The notes under the pieces were generated by a model. That model made no database searches. It was not told the DNA's origin and saw only the letters and a program-made list of their open reading frames with translations. Below are positions 13,072 to 25,359 of a DNA stretch of 64,000 nucleotides, piece after piece. This DNA is from Heterodontus francisci (taxonomy: Eukaryota), in the NCBI RefSeq assembly GCF_036365525.1, contig NC_090388.1, forward strand, positions 65,466,258-65,530,257. The letters run 5' to 3'. The number at the start of each line of letters is the position of its first letter. Position 1 is the first letter of the stretch. Position numbers and translations under genes: made by a program.

Positions 13072-14433
13072 CTGTAATTGAAATATAAAATCAGTATCTA
13101 AGGGCAGTTTCATATCATTTGCAAACACAACATTTTGGTATTTCTGTTTTTGTTTTTCAACTCCCATCAAAAGAATCAAGACTATCCATGTCCAATCGCT
13201 AATTTCATCTTGGTCTTAAAAATCATAAACCTAGAAAGATATCAGGGATTATGTATAAATCACTTGCCGTCACCCTCCAGCACTACTTCACAACATCTTT
13301 AGCCATTGCAGTATGTCAGATCTAATCAAGATACCACTTTTTGTAAGTATCTTCTCAGAAAAATTTTTGCAAATGACCTGCTCCAGCCTGGCAGTTTTCA
13401 AAAGCTGTTTCGCTAAGATAGAGAGAACTCAACAATCTCAAGAAAAAGAATCACTAGGGTGAACAATGTATCAATTTTTCTTTGCTTCCATAATGTCTTG
13501 CCACTAATAATGAAACTTTGCATTATGCCGCGGTTAAAAAGGGTGCAACTGGACAAATCGGCACAGCAGGACAAATGCATGCAAACCATCAGGAAATAAG
13601 TATTCTGTACTCTCAGCTGCCAACATTACAGCGCAACGGTCTTTTTGGCTGCTCTGAGTGGGAGCGAATTTGTACGTCACATATGGGCCAAGAATTTCCC
13701 TTTCATGAACTACACGTATTAATTAATAAACCTGAAGTAATGCCACCAGTCAACAATTCTGTAACATTACATGCCAAGAATATCTGACCAACACTATCAT
13801 GTAGATACACACACAACTGAAATGGTATGTTTTTTATTCAAATTACGCAATGAGTGATTTGAAGGCTGTGATTTGCACTGTCTTCAGATAGCAGTTATAA
13901 ACTGCTGGAGTTTCACCTGAATATCTCAAGTGAGTAACAGCCTCATCATCACTCTCCATCATAACTCCTAACCTGAAAATCAGCTGTACAGGAAGAAATG
14001 GTCAAAATCAGGAGCTGTTTATTTTACCGTGCATGGCACCATGAATATTCAAACATGCTCACTTTTGTACCATCATTTATGAGCTTCTTCAAATTTTGTT
14101 TGATTATGCTCCAGTGAAGCACCTTGAGATGTCTTACTATTTTAAAAGGAGCTATAATAAATGCAAGTTGTTTTTGTTGTGTCCAATTATAATACAATAA
14201 TTTGCAACAAATTCCCAAAATCCAAATAAAAGTCACGTTGAATGTTTTTTGACAATACCTCTAATAATTGGAGAGAATTAATGCATTTTTATTGCAGTTT
14301 CAGGCATAATTGTGGTACAATCAAAATACAATAAGGTATTAATTAGGCAGAATGAGAAGTGTAAAGAAAAAAGATCGATCATTTCAGACTTCAAGTGCTG
14401 TAACTCCAAGAAGTTTATACCTTCGAAGAAATT

Positions 14434-14768
14434 GGCAGTGGTGCAGTGGTTAGCACCGCCGCCTCACAGCTCCAGCGACTCGGGTTCGATTCTGGGTACT
14501 GCCTGTGCGGAGTTTGCATATTCTCCCTGTGACCGCGTGGGTTTTCGCCGGGTGCTCCGGTTTCCTCCCACAGCCAAAGACTTGCAGGTTGATAGGTAAA
14601 TTGGCCATTATAAATTGCCCCTAGTATAGGTAGGGGAATTGAGGGAAGGTGGAGATGTGGTAGGAATATGGGATTAATGTAGGATTAGTATAAATGGGTG
14701 GTTGATGGTCGGCACAGACTCAGTGGGCCGAAGGGCCTGTTTCAGTGCTGTATCTCTAAATAAATAAA
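14434..14768 (+). mobile_element. tRNA-derived V-SINE (HE1-like), full length
   Basis: tRNA-like head (GGTGCAGTGGTTAGCAC...GGTTCGATT), V-domain (GTGGGTTTTCGCCGGGTGCTCCGGTTTCCTCCCAC), CR1-like tail GGGCCGAAGGGCCTGTT and (TAAA)n end. Confidence 0.9.
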
Positions 14769-15867
14769 TTCTAAAATTTGGGAATACCGCAGTGAACACA
14801 AGCTAGCAGGGCACAAGTGCAATTAATTTGCAATATTAGGTCAGTTTCTACATGTTCACTTGTAATAATATATGTAATAAAAAATTGTTATTCTGTCTGT
14901 AAATCAATTCACATTGTTTATCAATAAATTTCTGAATTGCTCAGGTTTTCTGCTTTCTCTATTTCTATAGACTTCACCTTCGCTCATTCTGTTAGCTCTT
15001 CCCGACAATGGAAAGACTGGGGTATTGATTTACTATCAGCACAATCTGTGCTCTCCTTGAATTCTTCTCCTTCAATTTCTTCCTTCCACTGGATGCAATT
15101 AAGTTTTCCAAATTCAATGTTTTGAATTGCAAGTGTTAATAATCCACACCCGACCACTGCGACATCCTCTAAAAAAAATTGGGCCAGTTAACACAAGAAT
15201 TTGTTTTACTTTAGAAATGTGGTGATGAAATATACACATTAGAAATACTCCAACTAGATGAAAATGTGTAAATGAATACATCACTCCTGACTCCAAGAAG
15301 TGAACTTTCAGTGATTTGAGACAAGTACTCAAAAGTAAAAAAAAAACTCCAGTTCCATGTCTATTTTCTTTTCTCCTCTGCCAAAGTGCCGATTCATGTT
15401 GGGGTATAATTCCACAGGTATTTACAGACAGGATTTCTAGTAAGGGTCACTTAATAACGATGAGCAATGGGAATTCAGACTACCCCTCCTCAACCCAAGG
15501 TAGTTGAGGCCAATTGTATGATACCCCGGCCTAGATCAGCTCATTGACCACAGATGAAGGATTGCACCTGAGATCTAGGTCGTGGCTTCAATTGGAGTTA
15601 TAAGCTGGGTGGACTGCCACCAATATTCCAGAATGTGCAGTTATGTAATCCAAACAGAAGAAAATGCTTTACAAGCAGAATCTGGACCAAATATGTGCAA
15701 AAAACAGGCAACATAAGACACAGGCTAGCAATGATATTGAAGGATAGAGTACTCTACATTTTGAGAGGAAACTCCTGACACAATAATTCCTTCTGTTGCT
15801 GAAAATCTGCAATAAATACATTCTATGGATTTTCGTGTGGAGCCTTAAATACTCCAGCATGACACAC

Positions 15868-15933
15868 CTGTGAAATGACTTCCTCTATTTGGCCACAGTT
15901 GATTTTGTCTTCTAGTTTTTGAACATCATGCTC
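15868..15933 (-). CDS. NDUFA5: NDUFA5 coding exon 4
   Basis: ttgcag|EHDVQKLEDKINCGQIEEVISQ|gtgtgt, 66 nt. Confidence 0.96.
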
Positions 15934-16094
15934 CTGCAATAAACAATACAGGAAAGGTGACTTGAAATGACCACTTGTGTATATGGACTCACTCCTTGTG
16001 AACTTACATTATCAGTTGCACAGCTATCATCTTATATTAGATCTTGGCACACCAATAAAATATTCACAAAGGGAATCAAATCAGATTTTTAAAA

Positions 16095-16805
16095 ATATTT
16101 GTTCATGGGATGTGAGCATCGCTAACTAGGCCAGCATTTGCTGCTCATCCCTAAATGCCCTTAAGAAGGCGATGGTGAGCTGCCTTCCTGAATCACTGTA
16201 ATCCATGTGGTCCATGTGGTCCACATATACCCACAGTGCTATTACAAAGTTCAAGGGTTTTGACCCAGCAATAGTGAAGGAACAGCAATAAAGTTCCAAG
16301 TCAGGATGGTGTGTGGCTTGGAGGGAAACCTGCAGATGATGGCATTCCCATGGTGGAGCAAGTGAATGTTTAAGGTGGTGAATAGGGTACCAATCAAGCG
16401 GGCTGCTTTGTCCTGGATAGCGTCGAGCTTCTTGAGTGTTATTGGAGCTGCACCCATCCAGGCAAGTGGAGAGTATTCCATCACACTCTTGCCTTGTGTC
16501 TTGTAGATGGTGGACAAGCTTTGAGGAGCCAAGAAATGAGTCACTCGGCACAGAATTCGAAGCCTCTGACCTGCTCTTGTAACCACAGTTTTTTTATATA
16601 GCTGGTCCAGTTAAGTTTCTGGGCAATGGTAGCCCCCCTGGATGTTGATAGTGGGGATTTCAGTGATGGCAATGCCATTAAATGTCAAGAGGAGGTGGTT
16701 AGATTCTCTGTGTTGGAGATAGTCACTGCCTGGCACTTGTGTGTCCAATGTTACTTGCCACTTATCAGCCCAAGCCTGAATGTTGTCCAGGTCTTGCTAC
16801 ATGTG
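16095..16805 (-). mobile_element. CR1/L2-group LINE 3' fragment
   Basis: Minus-strand YK....VMEYSPLAWMGAAPITLKKLDAIQDKAARLIG (post-RT region) plus 3' UTR. A related tail lies at 23010-23415. Confidence 0.75.
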
Positions 16806-17307
16806 GGATTGCTGGAGACAAACCAACCAAATCTGCACCTGCCATACAACGTGAAACATGACAAACTAGGTAGAGAAATTCAGAGTGGCTTAACAAATCT
16901 TTCACAATTTAAAATGGAAAGTAAAATACATTTCCAGGAAAGTCAGAATTACTATTATGAAAAGCATTCTTTAAATATCTTTACCGATAGCTTTGGATAT
17001 CACATTATTAACCCTTATCTCTGCAACTGTCTGAAAGGCATGCAACAATCAACGTTTTGTCCCAATAAGCATCGAAAAAATGACCATTTGTTGCACAACT
17101 TTCATTACCCTTATTTCTTTTACTGCCATAAGCTAAGTGATACATCACATTTACTTAAAGTCAATCCTACAAAGGTTAAGCCTTTAAAAAGGAAGTCAAT
17201 TACAGGCCTTGAAATAAGGAAATACTCAAATGAAACATAACAAATAACCTGGCAAACAATAGGTCATCCACTAAAAACATGCAGTCTGCTAAATCAAGCT
17301 AGCTTAC

Positions 17308-17424
17308 CGACTTTGTCAAGTTAAACCTTTCATTGATGATCTGTTCAGTGTACTTCCTATAGGATGCATCCGCAGGGATGGAATTCAGGACGGTAAGGAT
17401 TCTGGAATACAGAATTCTCAACTT
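17308..17424 (-). CDS. NDUFA5: NDUFA5 coding exon 3
   Basis: tttcag|KLRILYSRILTVLNSIPADASYRKYTEQIINERFNLTKS|gtaagc, 117 nt. Confidence 0.97.
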
Positions 17425-18179
17425 CTGAAAGGAAACAATACAAAAGATTTTGAAGCATGAACTTTTTTGTGGCTTTTTTTTTTAGTTTCCCCAAACATTT
17501 TCTGGCAGGAAGGACAGGCTGTAAGGTTGCAGATAAGACCCTGCCAACCCCATCAGATAGCTGTCTGTAGCATTCACAAGTCTCCAGTTTTCTCTTTTGA
17601 CAAGAAACATTCATCTTTTACCTGATGCCTCCCAGTGGCTTTACCAGTTTGAAATTAGACAGCATAGACTTTTGACGTGATATAATTAAGGTTTTAAACA
17701 GATAATGGCAACACATTCTGTAGAGGAGGATAAATTAGATAGGGATGGGAACTAGTGATACAAGAATAAAATATGAAAACCAGGTTCAGTTAAATGTCAG
17801 GAAGTACTCTTTTACAGAGTTATCCATTAACAAAATGGGTGGCAAGTACGCACTCACTGCAGCCGTTCAAAAATGCACAAGTTCCGGACAGTTGAGGATA
17901 TCCCCAGTCATAGAAGGTAAATGGAGATGTAGCTGTAATTATTGATTACTTTGGGAGTGGAAGTGGAATTTCGCCTCTCCCAGGAGTGTGTGAAGAATTG
18001 TGCACACAAATCTGCATCTCACCACACTGACATTGCACAATGCAGCTCTATTGCACTGTACCTCCTATCAACCTCAACCTTTTTCTTAATGCTTTCATGA
18101 AGCTGACACTGCCTTGAATTAAATCCCAAACATTGTATTAAAATACACCAGTTTTTCAATTTGTTTCCTTCAAGCTCCA

Positions 18180-18442
18180 CAGAATGGTTCCAGGGATGAG
18201 GGGCTTCAGTTATGTGGATAGATTGGAGAAGCTAGTGTGGCTCTCCTGAGGGAAAGCAGGCAGGAGATTTGACAGCGATGTTCAAAATCATGGCAGGTCT
18301 AGACAAAGTAAGGAGAGAGAAACTGTTCCCAGTGGCAGATGGGTCGAGAACCAGGACACAGATTCAAAGCGATTGACAAAAGAACCAAAGACGACATGAG
18401 AAAGAACATCTTTTTTATGGAGTGGTTACAATTTGGAATGCA
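18180..18442 (+). mobile_element. CR1 LINE 3' fragment
   Basis: AGAATGGTTCCAGGGATGAGG...GGAGATTTG...TGGAATGCA, similar to the CR1 at 22320-22580. Confidence 0.75.
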
Positions 18443-18612
18443 TATCCTTCATATGACATAACAAGTATCTCAGAGGTCCAGTGCATACACTAACTTATGG
18501 ATATCATACAAATATCAGATTCCGTCATAAACTGGAAAGTGTATCACTAGTTTTCAATAACACAGCTTGAAGAAAATGCATCCCAAATTTTGCAGCAACA
18601 TATAGGCCATCT

Positions 18613-19620
18613 TGTTATGATTCTCCCAAGGCTTGTCTCTTATGGTGCAGCTATATTAAACTAGGTTGGAGACTCAGTGCTTTTTGAAAGTCTCAACTGT
18701 CACAGTCTAGTGTAATTTTTTTTCTCTCCCCTTGGGAAAATTTTGTGCGTCTTTAAGACTGTAAAAGATCAGTGCACCTTTATGAACTCTCTGGAGGTTC
18801 AGTGAGCCAAAGTGCATCTGGTTGCCAAGCAACAGCCACACAGGGAGAGAGAGGACAGGGATTCAGTGTTGCAGTATGACTTTTGAAAACTGTCTGACAA
18901 AAACTGGTTTGAACAGAGACTGTTCCAGCAATTGAAGGGCGGAAAGGCCTCTGAGACAATTTAAACTGAAGGGAAAAGAGCTGTGTTATTTCTCTCTCAA
19001 GAAGATTCTACAAAGTCAAGCTGAATTAATTCCCTAAGTAAGAAAAGCTTTTCTTTCTTAAAGTACCAGCATTGCTGTGTTTATCACTGCCGAACTGAAT
19101 TGCTGAATTCCTATCTTTGGAAGGACCCTTTTTTTAATCGGACCTTGGAAGACTACAAGTGAACTTTGACCGTGTTGCATTAGGAGACCATTCGTCAAGA
19201 AAGTAACTTACAAAGACGTGTTTATTTGCTTTATTTCTGAGAAGAAGCTACTTATAAAATCTACATTCTTTTAAAAACCTGAACTACTGTTAATTTTTAG
19301 TATATGTATGCCAATGCAGGAGTTAGATTTTTAAATAAGTTAGAAGGTCTTTAGATGTTGGTTTGTCTCACTAGTGTTTAAGATTTTAGGTTTTTTTTAA
19401 ATAGTTAATTTGTTGATATTTAAAGATACCTGGTTTGGTTCGCTTCATTCGGGGAGTTAATAGATTGTTCAATTTGGTTGGATTTTTTTCCCAATTTGGA
19501 AAGCTTAAAGAAGTATGATGCGACCTGTGGAGTAACGGGACTGAATTGACAGTGCATTACTCCCACCGCTATCAGAATCATATATTTTGATTGGGGGCTT
19601 TGTCCTGAGCGGTCATAAGA
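18613..19620. mobile_element. Putative solo LTR (~1 kb) in NDUFA5 intron 2
   Basis: Begins TGTTATGA and ends TCATAAGA (7/8 inverted match, TG..CA-type termini with one change). No coding capacity. TSD not convincing. Confidence 0.5.
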
Positions 19621-19941
19621 CAACGTTAATTTATGACAAGTCTTTCCACCGTTTAGTTTTTTCTCCAGGATTATTCCGACCAGTCAGTGCAGTCATTTTC
19701 AATACAACAGGGAGATAGTTTTCTCTCTCTCTCTTTCCTTGGCCAACAGCAAAGAAATGCACTTTTCAAAAGGAAGCTGATGTTTGAATTCCAACCATGT
19801 TTGTCATTCTAACCTGGGCTTTACAGTATGGAATTCAACAATGAAAAGGACTGTATCGAATCACACCCTAGTATATATATTTTACAATTCATGGAATTAT
19901 GCACATTACAGAACTCAAGGCAAAGTGTACGGGAACTATAC

Positions 19942-19986
19942 CTCATGAGGATTCTGGGCCACCGCAAGACCCACCAACCCAGTGGT
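19942..19986 (-). CDS. NDUFA5: NDUFA5 coding exon 2
   Basis: ctgcag|TTGLVGLAVAQNPHE|gtatag, 45 nt. Confidence 0.96.
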
Positions 19987-20059
19987 CTGCAGGAAAGAAA
20001 AGAAGATTAATATGTGTATGCTTCCTTAAGGATATTTCACGCTCCTCCACATGTTTCAA

Positions 20060-20450
20060 TCTCCCCCATCTCTTTCACTCTCCATCCTCCTATACCTTTC
20101 TCACTCCCATATCCATCTCTCATTTATTGTTCTCCTTCTATCTCTCTCCCCTCCATTGTTCTTCCCTCTAGCTTCCCCTTTCTATCTCTCTCCTCTACTG
20201 TTCTTTCCCTCTTTCTCTCTATCCTTCCCGTTTCTATTTCTCCCCTCTATTGTTGTTCCCCTCTTGAGATCACTCCTCGATCCCCCTTTATCTCTTCTCT
20301 TTATAAATTTAACTCTCTTTTGTATCTCTTTTCACAATACTTATCTATCTCTATCTTTTTCCTATCCCTCCCTCTTTTCCCGATATTTCTCCTCTCTGTC
20401 TTTCCTCTCTCTCTCTCTATATATATATATATATTATCTCCCTCTCTCTG
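20060..20450. repeat. CT-rich low-complexity tract with (CT)n(TA)n microsatellite in NDUFA5 intron 1
   Basis: Pyrimidine-rich runs. (CT)n followed by (TA)n at about 20405-20434. Confidence 0.85.
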
Positions 20451-20462
20451 ACCTCCACTCAC

Positions 20463-20483
20463 TTTCTTCAGGACGCCAGCCAT
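20463..20483 (-). CDS. NDUFA5: NDUFA5 coding exon 1
   Basis: ATG GCT GGC GTC CTG AAG AAA|gtgagt encodes MAGVLKK. Confidence 0.96.
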
Positions 20484-20990
20484 TGTTGTCGCGGTGCATT
20501 GTGGGATCGCCTCCAGCCCAATTAAACGAGCGCCGAGCTATCGCGATATCCAGACCCGATCAGAGGTGCTTTGAGACTGAGATAGAGCGTCACCAGTCGG
20601 TGAATCGGTGCTGGGTCCCACTCACTTGGGCAAAGCCAGGATTGACTGCGGCAGGTTGTAAGGAGGGGGAGCAGCTGTTAAGGGGGTGAGGTGGAAGAAG
20701 GAGCGAGAGCATGGGGTTGAGGCAGTGCGACGGGATTACATCAGACTAACATCAACCGCGGGGAGCGGCTGAGTCCGGGGCGCAGAACTCGGTTATCAGT
20801 GGCAGATAGGCGGTCCTTGTGGTGCTTAATTTGGGATCCTCAGAGAGAGTTCGGGCCCGAGGGGGCGGAACCACAGATGGGATGGGGGCGTGGTCTGGGG
20901 AGGGGCGTGGTCTGGAGGGGAGAGGCGGGGCGCTAAAGCAGCTGGCCTGTTCCTCCTCCAATGTCCTGAAACGTCAGCAGCACTGCCTCT
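20470..20990. promoter_or_regulatory. CpG-island promoter of NDUFA5 (possibly bidirectional)
   Basis: CpG-rich. YY1-like CAACAATGGCTG overlaps the ATG on the minus strand. GC boxes GGGGGCGG (20861), GGGGCGTGG (twice, ~20885-20910) and GGCGGGGCG (~20923). CCAAT at ~20958. Confidence 0.75.
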
Positions 20991-21659
20991 GATAGAGAAA
21001 CCCAGCAAAGGGTAGCAATCCCAGTGAATGTTCTGCTTTCCCTCTGATTGACAAATATGTCCAGAGCTTCCCTTGGACGTTATTTTCCCTGAACTGCAAC
21101 ATTGAACAGTCAAGCCTTGGCAAGAATGTGGTTGGTGCAAGAAACCTGCTTACGTTTTATTTGCTTCCCCCCTCTCAAAACATCTCCTGTCTCACTTTCT
21201 CCAGTACTTTGTTAATACACCTTATAGATATGTGAACCATCAACATTTTACAAACCTTACTTTCCCTGCTCTGGCAATGTTTTACTCATCAAAATCAGCA
21301 TATGGGTTTTTAACAGCCTGATTTTTGACTCACTGCACTTTCCTTGCATTAGTGGAGTTTTGCGAATGTCAAAAAATTGTGCACTGGTGCAGAGTTTACA
21401 CCTGTGAATGAAGAAGTAAAGTTGCATGAATCAGCAAAGTTCTGTGCATGGAGAAATGCTGAGAATTTGGGGGCATGCATGGAGTTTGAGAGAACAGTGT
21501 TCTGTTGTGGAATAAAGCATACCTGTATTAACGGATCTATTCACTATTTTACCTTGATACTTGAGAGTCAATAGCAACTTGTAAGCACTATTTTAATATT
21601 AAAATATGTGTAACCTTCCAATATAAACCATTTTTGGCTACAAAAGCTGAATGACAAGT

Positions 21660-22865
21660 AGAGAATTTGCATTTATATAGCCACCTTTCACATCCTTAGG
21701 GTATCTCAAGTGTTTTATAGTCAGTTAAGTACTTTTGAATTTGAGAATAACAATGTCCCACAAACAGCATTGAAATACATTGCAAGATGATTGGGATCAG
21801 TGTTGGGACCCTTGCTTTTTCTGATATATATTAATGACCTAGACCTTGATGTACAGGGCACAATTTAAAAGTTTGCAGATGATACGAAACTTGGAAGCAT
21901 TGTGAGCTGTGAGAAGGATAGTGTAGAACTTCAAAAGGACATAGACAAGTTGGTGGAATGGGCACTCAGGTGGCAGATGAAGTTCAATGCACAGAAATGT
22001 GAAGTGATTCATTTTGGTAGGAAGAACATGGAGAGACAATATAAAATAAAGAGTACAATTCTAAAGGGGGTGCAGGAGCAGAAGGACCTAGATGTATGTG
22101 TGCATAGGTCATTGATGGGGCAGGAAGGTTGAGAGAGCTGTTAATAAAGCATACAGTATCCTGGGCTTTATTGATAGGGGCATAGAGTATAAGAGCAAGA
22201 AAGTTATGTTGAACTTGTATAAGACATGAGTTTGGTCTCAGCTGGGATATTGCGTCCAGTTCTGGGCACCACACTTGAGGAAAGACGCGAGGGCATTGGA
22301 GAGAGTACAGAAAAGATTCACAAGAATGGTTCCAGGGATGAAGAATTTCAGTTATGAAGATAGATTGGAGAAGTAGGGACTGTTTTCTTTGGAGAAGAGA
22401 AGGCTGAGAGGTGATTTGATAGAGGTATTCAAAATCATAAGGGCAAAGTAGAGAGAAACTGTTCCCACTTGTGAAAGGATCAAGAATGAGAGGGCATAGA
22501 TTTAAAGTATTTGGTAAGAGAAGCAAAAGTGACACGAAGAAAAACTTTTTCACACAGCGAATGGTTAAAATTCTGGAATGCGCTGCCTGAGAACGTGGAG
22601 GAGGTAGGTTCAACTGAAGCAGTCAAAAGGGAATTAGACAGTTTTATGAAAAGGAAGAATGTGCAGGGTTATGGGGAGAAGGCAGGAGAATGGAACTGAG
22701 GTATTTACTCTTGCGGAGAGCCAGTGCCAACACAATGGGCTGAATGGCCTTCTGCACTGTAACGATTCTGTGTGAATCTGTGATCATCTGTTTTGCTGAT
22801 GTGGTTGAGGGATAAGAATTGACCAGCGCACCTTGCCCTTTAAACATTGCTGTGGGATCTTTTTC
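21660..22865 (-). mobile_element. DeuSINE remnant (21660-21790 and 22775-22865) interrupted by a CR1
   Basis: Tail (TTGCATTTATATAG) on the left and Deu-domain continuation (GGTTGAGGGATAA...GTGGGATCTTTT) on the right, collinear with the copy at 48075-48510. Confidence 0.55.
21793..22775 (+). mobile_element. CR1 LINE 5'-truncated 3' fragment
   Basis: GSVLGP..., KFADDTK, WQMKFNAQKCEVIHFG, then 3' UTR ending GGGCTGAATGGCCT...GATTCTGTG. Confidence 0.9.
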
Positions 22866-23009
22866 CTTCTCTCTGGTTATTTAAAGAATGACATTAAAGA
22901 ACTTGGGATGTTCACCTAATTGCTTTGAATCAGAGGCTCATTTTTTTTTTAAATATAGAGAAGGATTGCATGTACTAAAACTAAATCCCATCACCACGAT
23001 TTTTAAAAA

Positions 23010-23415
23010 ATTCTTTCATGGGATATGGGCATCACTGTCAAGTCCAGCATCTGTTGTCCAACCCTAACTGCCCTTGACAACTGAATGGTTTGCTCGGCCA
23101 TTTCAGAGAGCAGTTAAGAGTCAACCACGTTGCTGTGGGTCTGGAATTACATGTCAGCCAGACCAAGTAAAGACAGCAGATTTCCTTCCCTAAAGAACAT
23201 ATGTGAGGCAGATGTGTTTTTTCAACAATGATAATTTCATGGCATCATTACTGAAACTAGCTTTCAATTGCAGATTTTTTATTAATTAATTCAATTTATT
23301 AATTCGCTGAAATTAAATTCCACGAACTGTTATGGTGGGATTTGAACCTGTGTCCCTGGGCATTAGTCTGGGCTGCTGGATTACTAGTTCAGTGATATTG
23401 CCACTACGTCACCAT
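23010..23415 (-). mobile_element. SINE sharing its 3' tail with the LINE at 16095
   Basis: TTCATGGGATATGGGCATCACTG...CCAGCATCTGTTGTCCAACCCTAACTGCCCTTG tail. tRNA-like B box (GGGATTTGAACC on the plus strand) at ~23338. Confidence 0.6.
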
Positions 23416-24249
23416 TTCCTTCACATGTTAATCAAATATGTGCATTTACAAGTAGAAACACCATGCCAGAAAAGGAGGAAACCTCACACAAGACATTGTC
23501 CGCATGGACTACCTGCAGTCCACTAAAACTACATCTGCTTAAACATTTGGTCCAGTTGGAACATCACCCATACTTCATTTACAATATTGGTGGTCAGACA
23601 CACTGTTTACTGGATTCTCAATTCAAAACCCAATCTAAAAACTGGACCCGTCTCACAAGTAACTTCCCTTCAGATCTGTTATAGGATATTTAGCTTTGAG
23701 AAAATATTAATAAGCCTGGCTTTCCTAATTAAGAATTAAAGTCCCATAATTGCAATGATGTTAGCAATCCAGAGGAATTGTTATTCATAATGTATGCTTT
23801 AGTAGTGTATTTTGTTTATTGATTATCTGTTGATAAAAAAAAATCTCTTAAGTAAGGTCCTTCATCTTTATTTAATATTTCATCCATTGTCCAAGCCAAA
23901 ACGAGCTTTAAAGAAAAACTACTCAAAATGTGATCGACACAATGGCAATTAACTGTAACAGTTTGAAAGAATGTTTTTATTTTGAGTTTACACTAATGCT
24001 CTGAGGCGATGCAGAATTGCTTCCCTACTCTGGCTATATATCATTAGAATTAAAAGGCTTGTGAGAGTACACCAAAACGATAGTGAGACAAAAACATTAG
24101 ACTTCAAAAGAGCAAACTTTGAAGCTATAAAGTGAGGTTAAAAAGTTTGTTTAAACACAATGGTTGTGAGATTGACAGCAGAAAAATTGAAGTTAAAGAA
24201 ATGTTGGGTGAGGCTACAATTGAAACAAAAGAAAATGGAGATTAATAAT

Positions 24250-24926
24250 GGCCCAGATTTTGCAGTTGTAATGACAGTGAAACTGTCAGCAATTTCTGCA
24301 TCAGCACATGTGCAAATAAACACAGAAATCCAGAAGTTGGTGTCAGTGATTCCTTGCTGCTCTGCAGCGTGCTGTTGAAGTCCCTGTAGACGCCAATCTT
24401 TAGAAATCATTGAACCTACAAGAACGTCCCTTTGATGTAATAATGTTAAAAAAAACTCTCTGAGCATTAAGCCTTGTTAATGAGGCATACTGCATCACAA
24501 TTACTATTGAACAATTTCTCTAGCCCTAGAAAGCTAATTTTATATTTGTGGAATGTCAAATTTCTCCATTATGATAATTCTATAGTTTTTTTTAATAAAG
24601 TAATTTTTAAAAGTTTGTTTATGGTATTTCAGTTTCTAATGTGTGGGTCTCAATCTTTATTTTGCTCTGTAAAATTTATTAAAAGTGAAGGATAGTGCAT
24701 TTGACTTGCTGGTTTGCTGTCCGTGAGAATATCTCAGTGTGATTGGCTTCTTACACTGTTTGGTGAGATTGCTGTTGCTGGATGCCTGAAGTACCCCTTG
24801 ACTTGGCATTAGATTCAAATTAACATTGGGAAAGGTGAAATCCATGCCACAGATATCTTTGTGGGCAGCTTTTTCAAGGTCAGCTTCGAGTACCATTGCT
24901 TCGCCGCTAACTGCAAAATCTGGGCC
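24250..24926. mobile_element. PIF/Harbinger-type MITE, 677 bp
   Basis: Perfect 18-bp TIR GGCCCAGATTTTGCAGTT / AACTGCAAAATCTGGGCC. 3-bp TSD AAT (24247-24249 and 24927-24929). Sits in an old CR1 remnant. Confidence 0.9.
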
Positions 24927-25359
24927 AATGTTTCATAAGGGTGTAAAGAATAATATTAAAAATAAACAAAAAACGTTCCAAAAAAATCAAGGATCCAGTA
25001 GGCAGGAAGATTGAGATTTAAAAAAGCGACCAACGGGAACATTGAATGTAAGAACATCTTCAGTGAGATTAAATTGTTTTTCCCATAGATGTACAGTCAT
25101 GAAAATGTTGGTCCACTTGAAAATGACATTGGGTTGCTGAAATCTAGGTACAATGGAATAGCAAAGATATCAAATAATTACTTCATAATGCTCTCTACCC
25201 AGGAGGAGGAGAAAAAGTCAGAAATCAGATTTCCAGGAAAGGCAGAATGAAGCAAAATGCAGATAGCCTCTTTTCAATTGGTCAAGTGTCTGTACCTATA
25301 CGTTTCTGCTTTCTAACCCACACTCTCATCAAACACACTCTACTAACAAAAATCTTTCA

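Larger units (their letters stand above)
12970..20483 (-). other. NDUFA5: NDUFA5 gene span (NADH:ubiquinone oxidoreductase subunit A5), 5 coding exons, 116 aa
   Basis: The join of 20483-20463, 19986-19942, 17424-17308, 15933-15868 and 13071-12970 gives [116 protein letters not shown]. All introns are phase 0, GT-AG. Confidence 0.97.

Noticed and set aside
14434-14500. tRNA gene
   Set aside because: The tRNA-like head continues into a V-domain and LINE tail, so it is a SINE (three copies in the window).
15669-15860. ORF MLEYLRLHTKI... as NDUFA5 exon 3
   Set aside because: Superficial resemblance only. The true exon is 17308-17424, with proper splice sites.
20014-20689. Long Leu/Ser/Phe-rich ORFs
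   Set aside because: Artefact of the CT-rich low-complexity tract, antisense to NDUFA5 intron 1.
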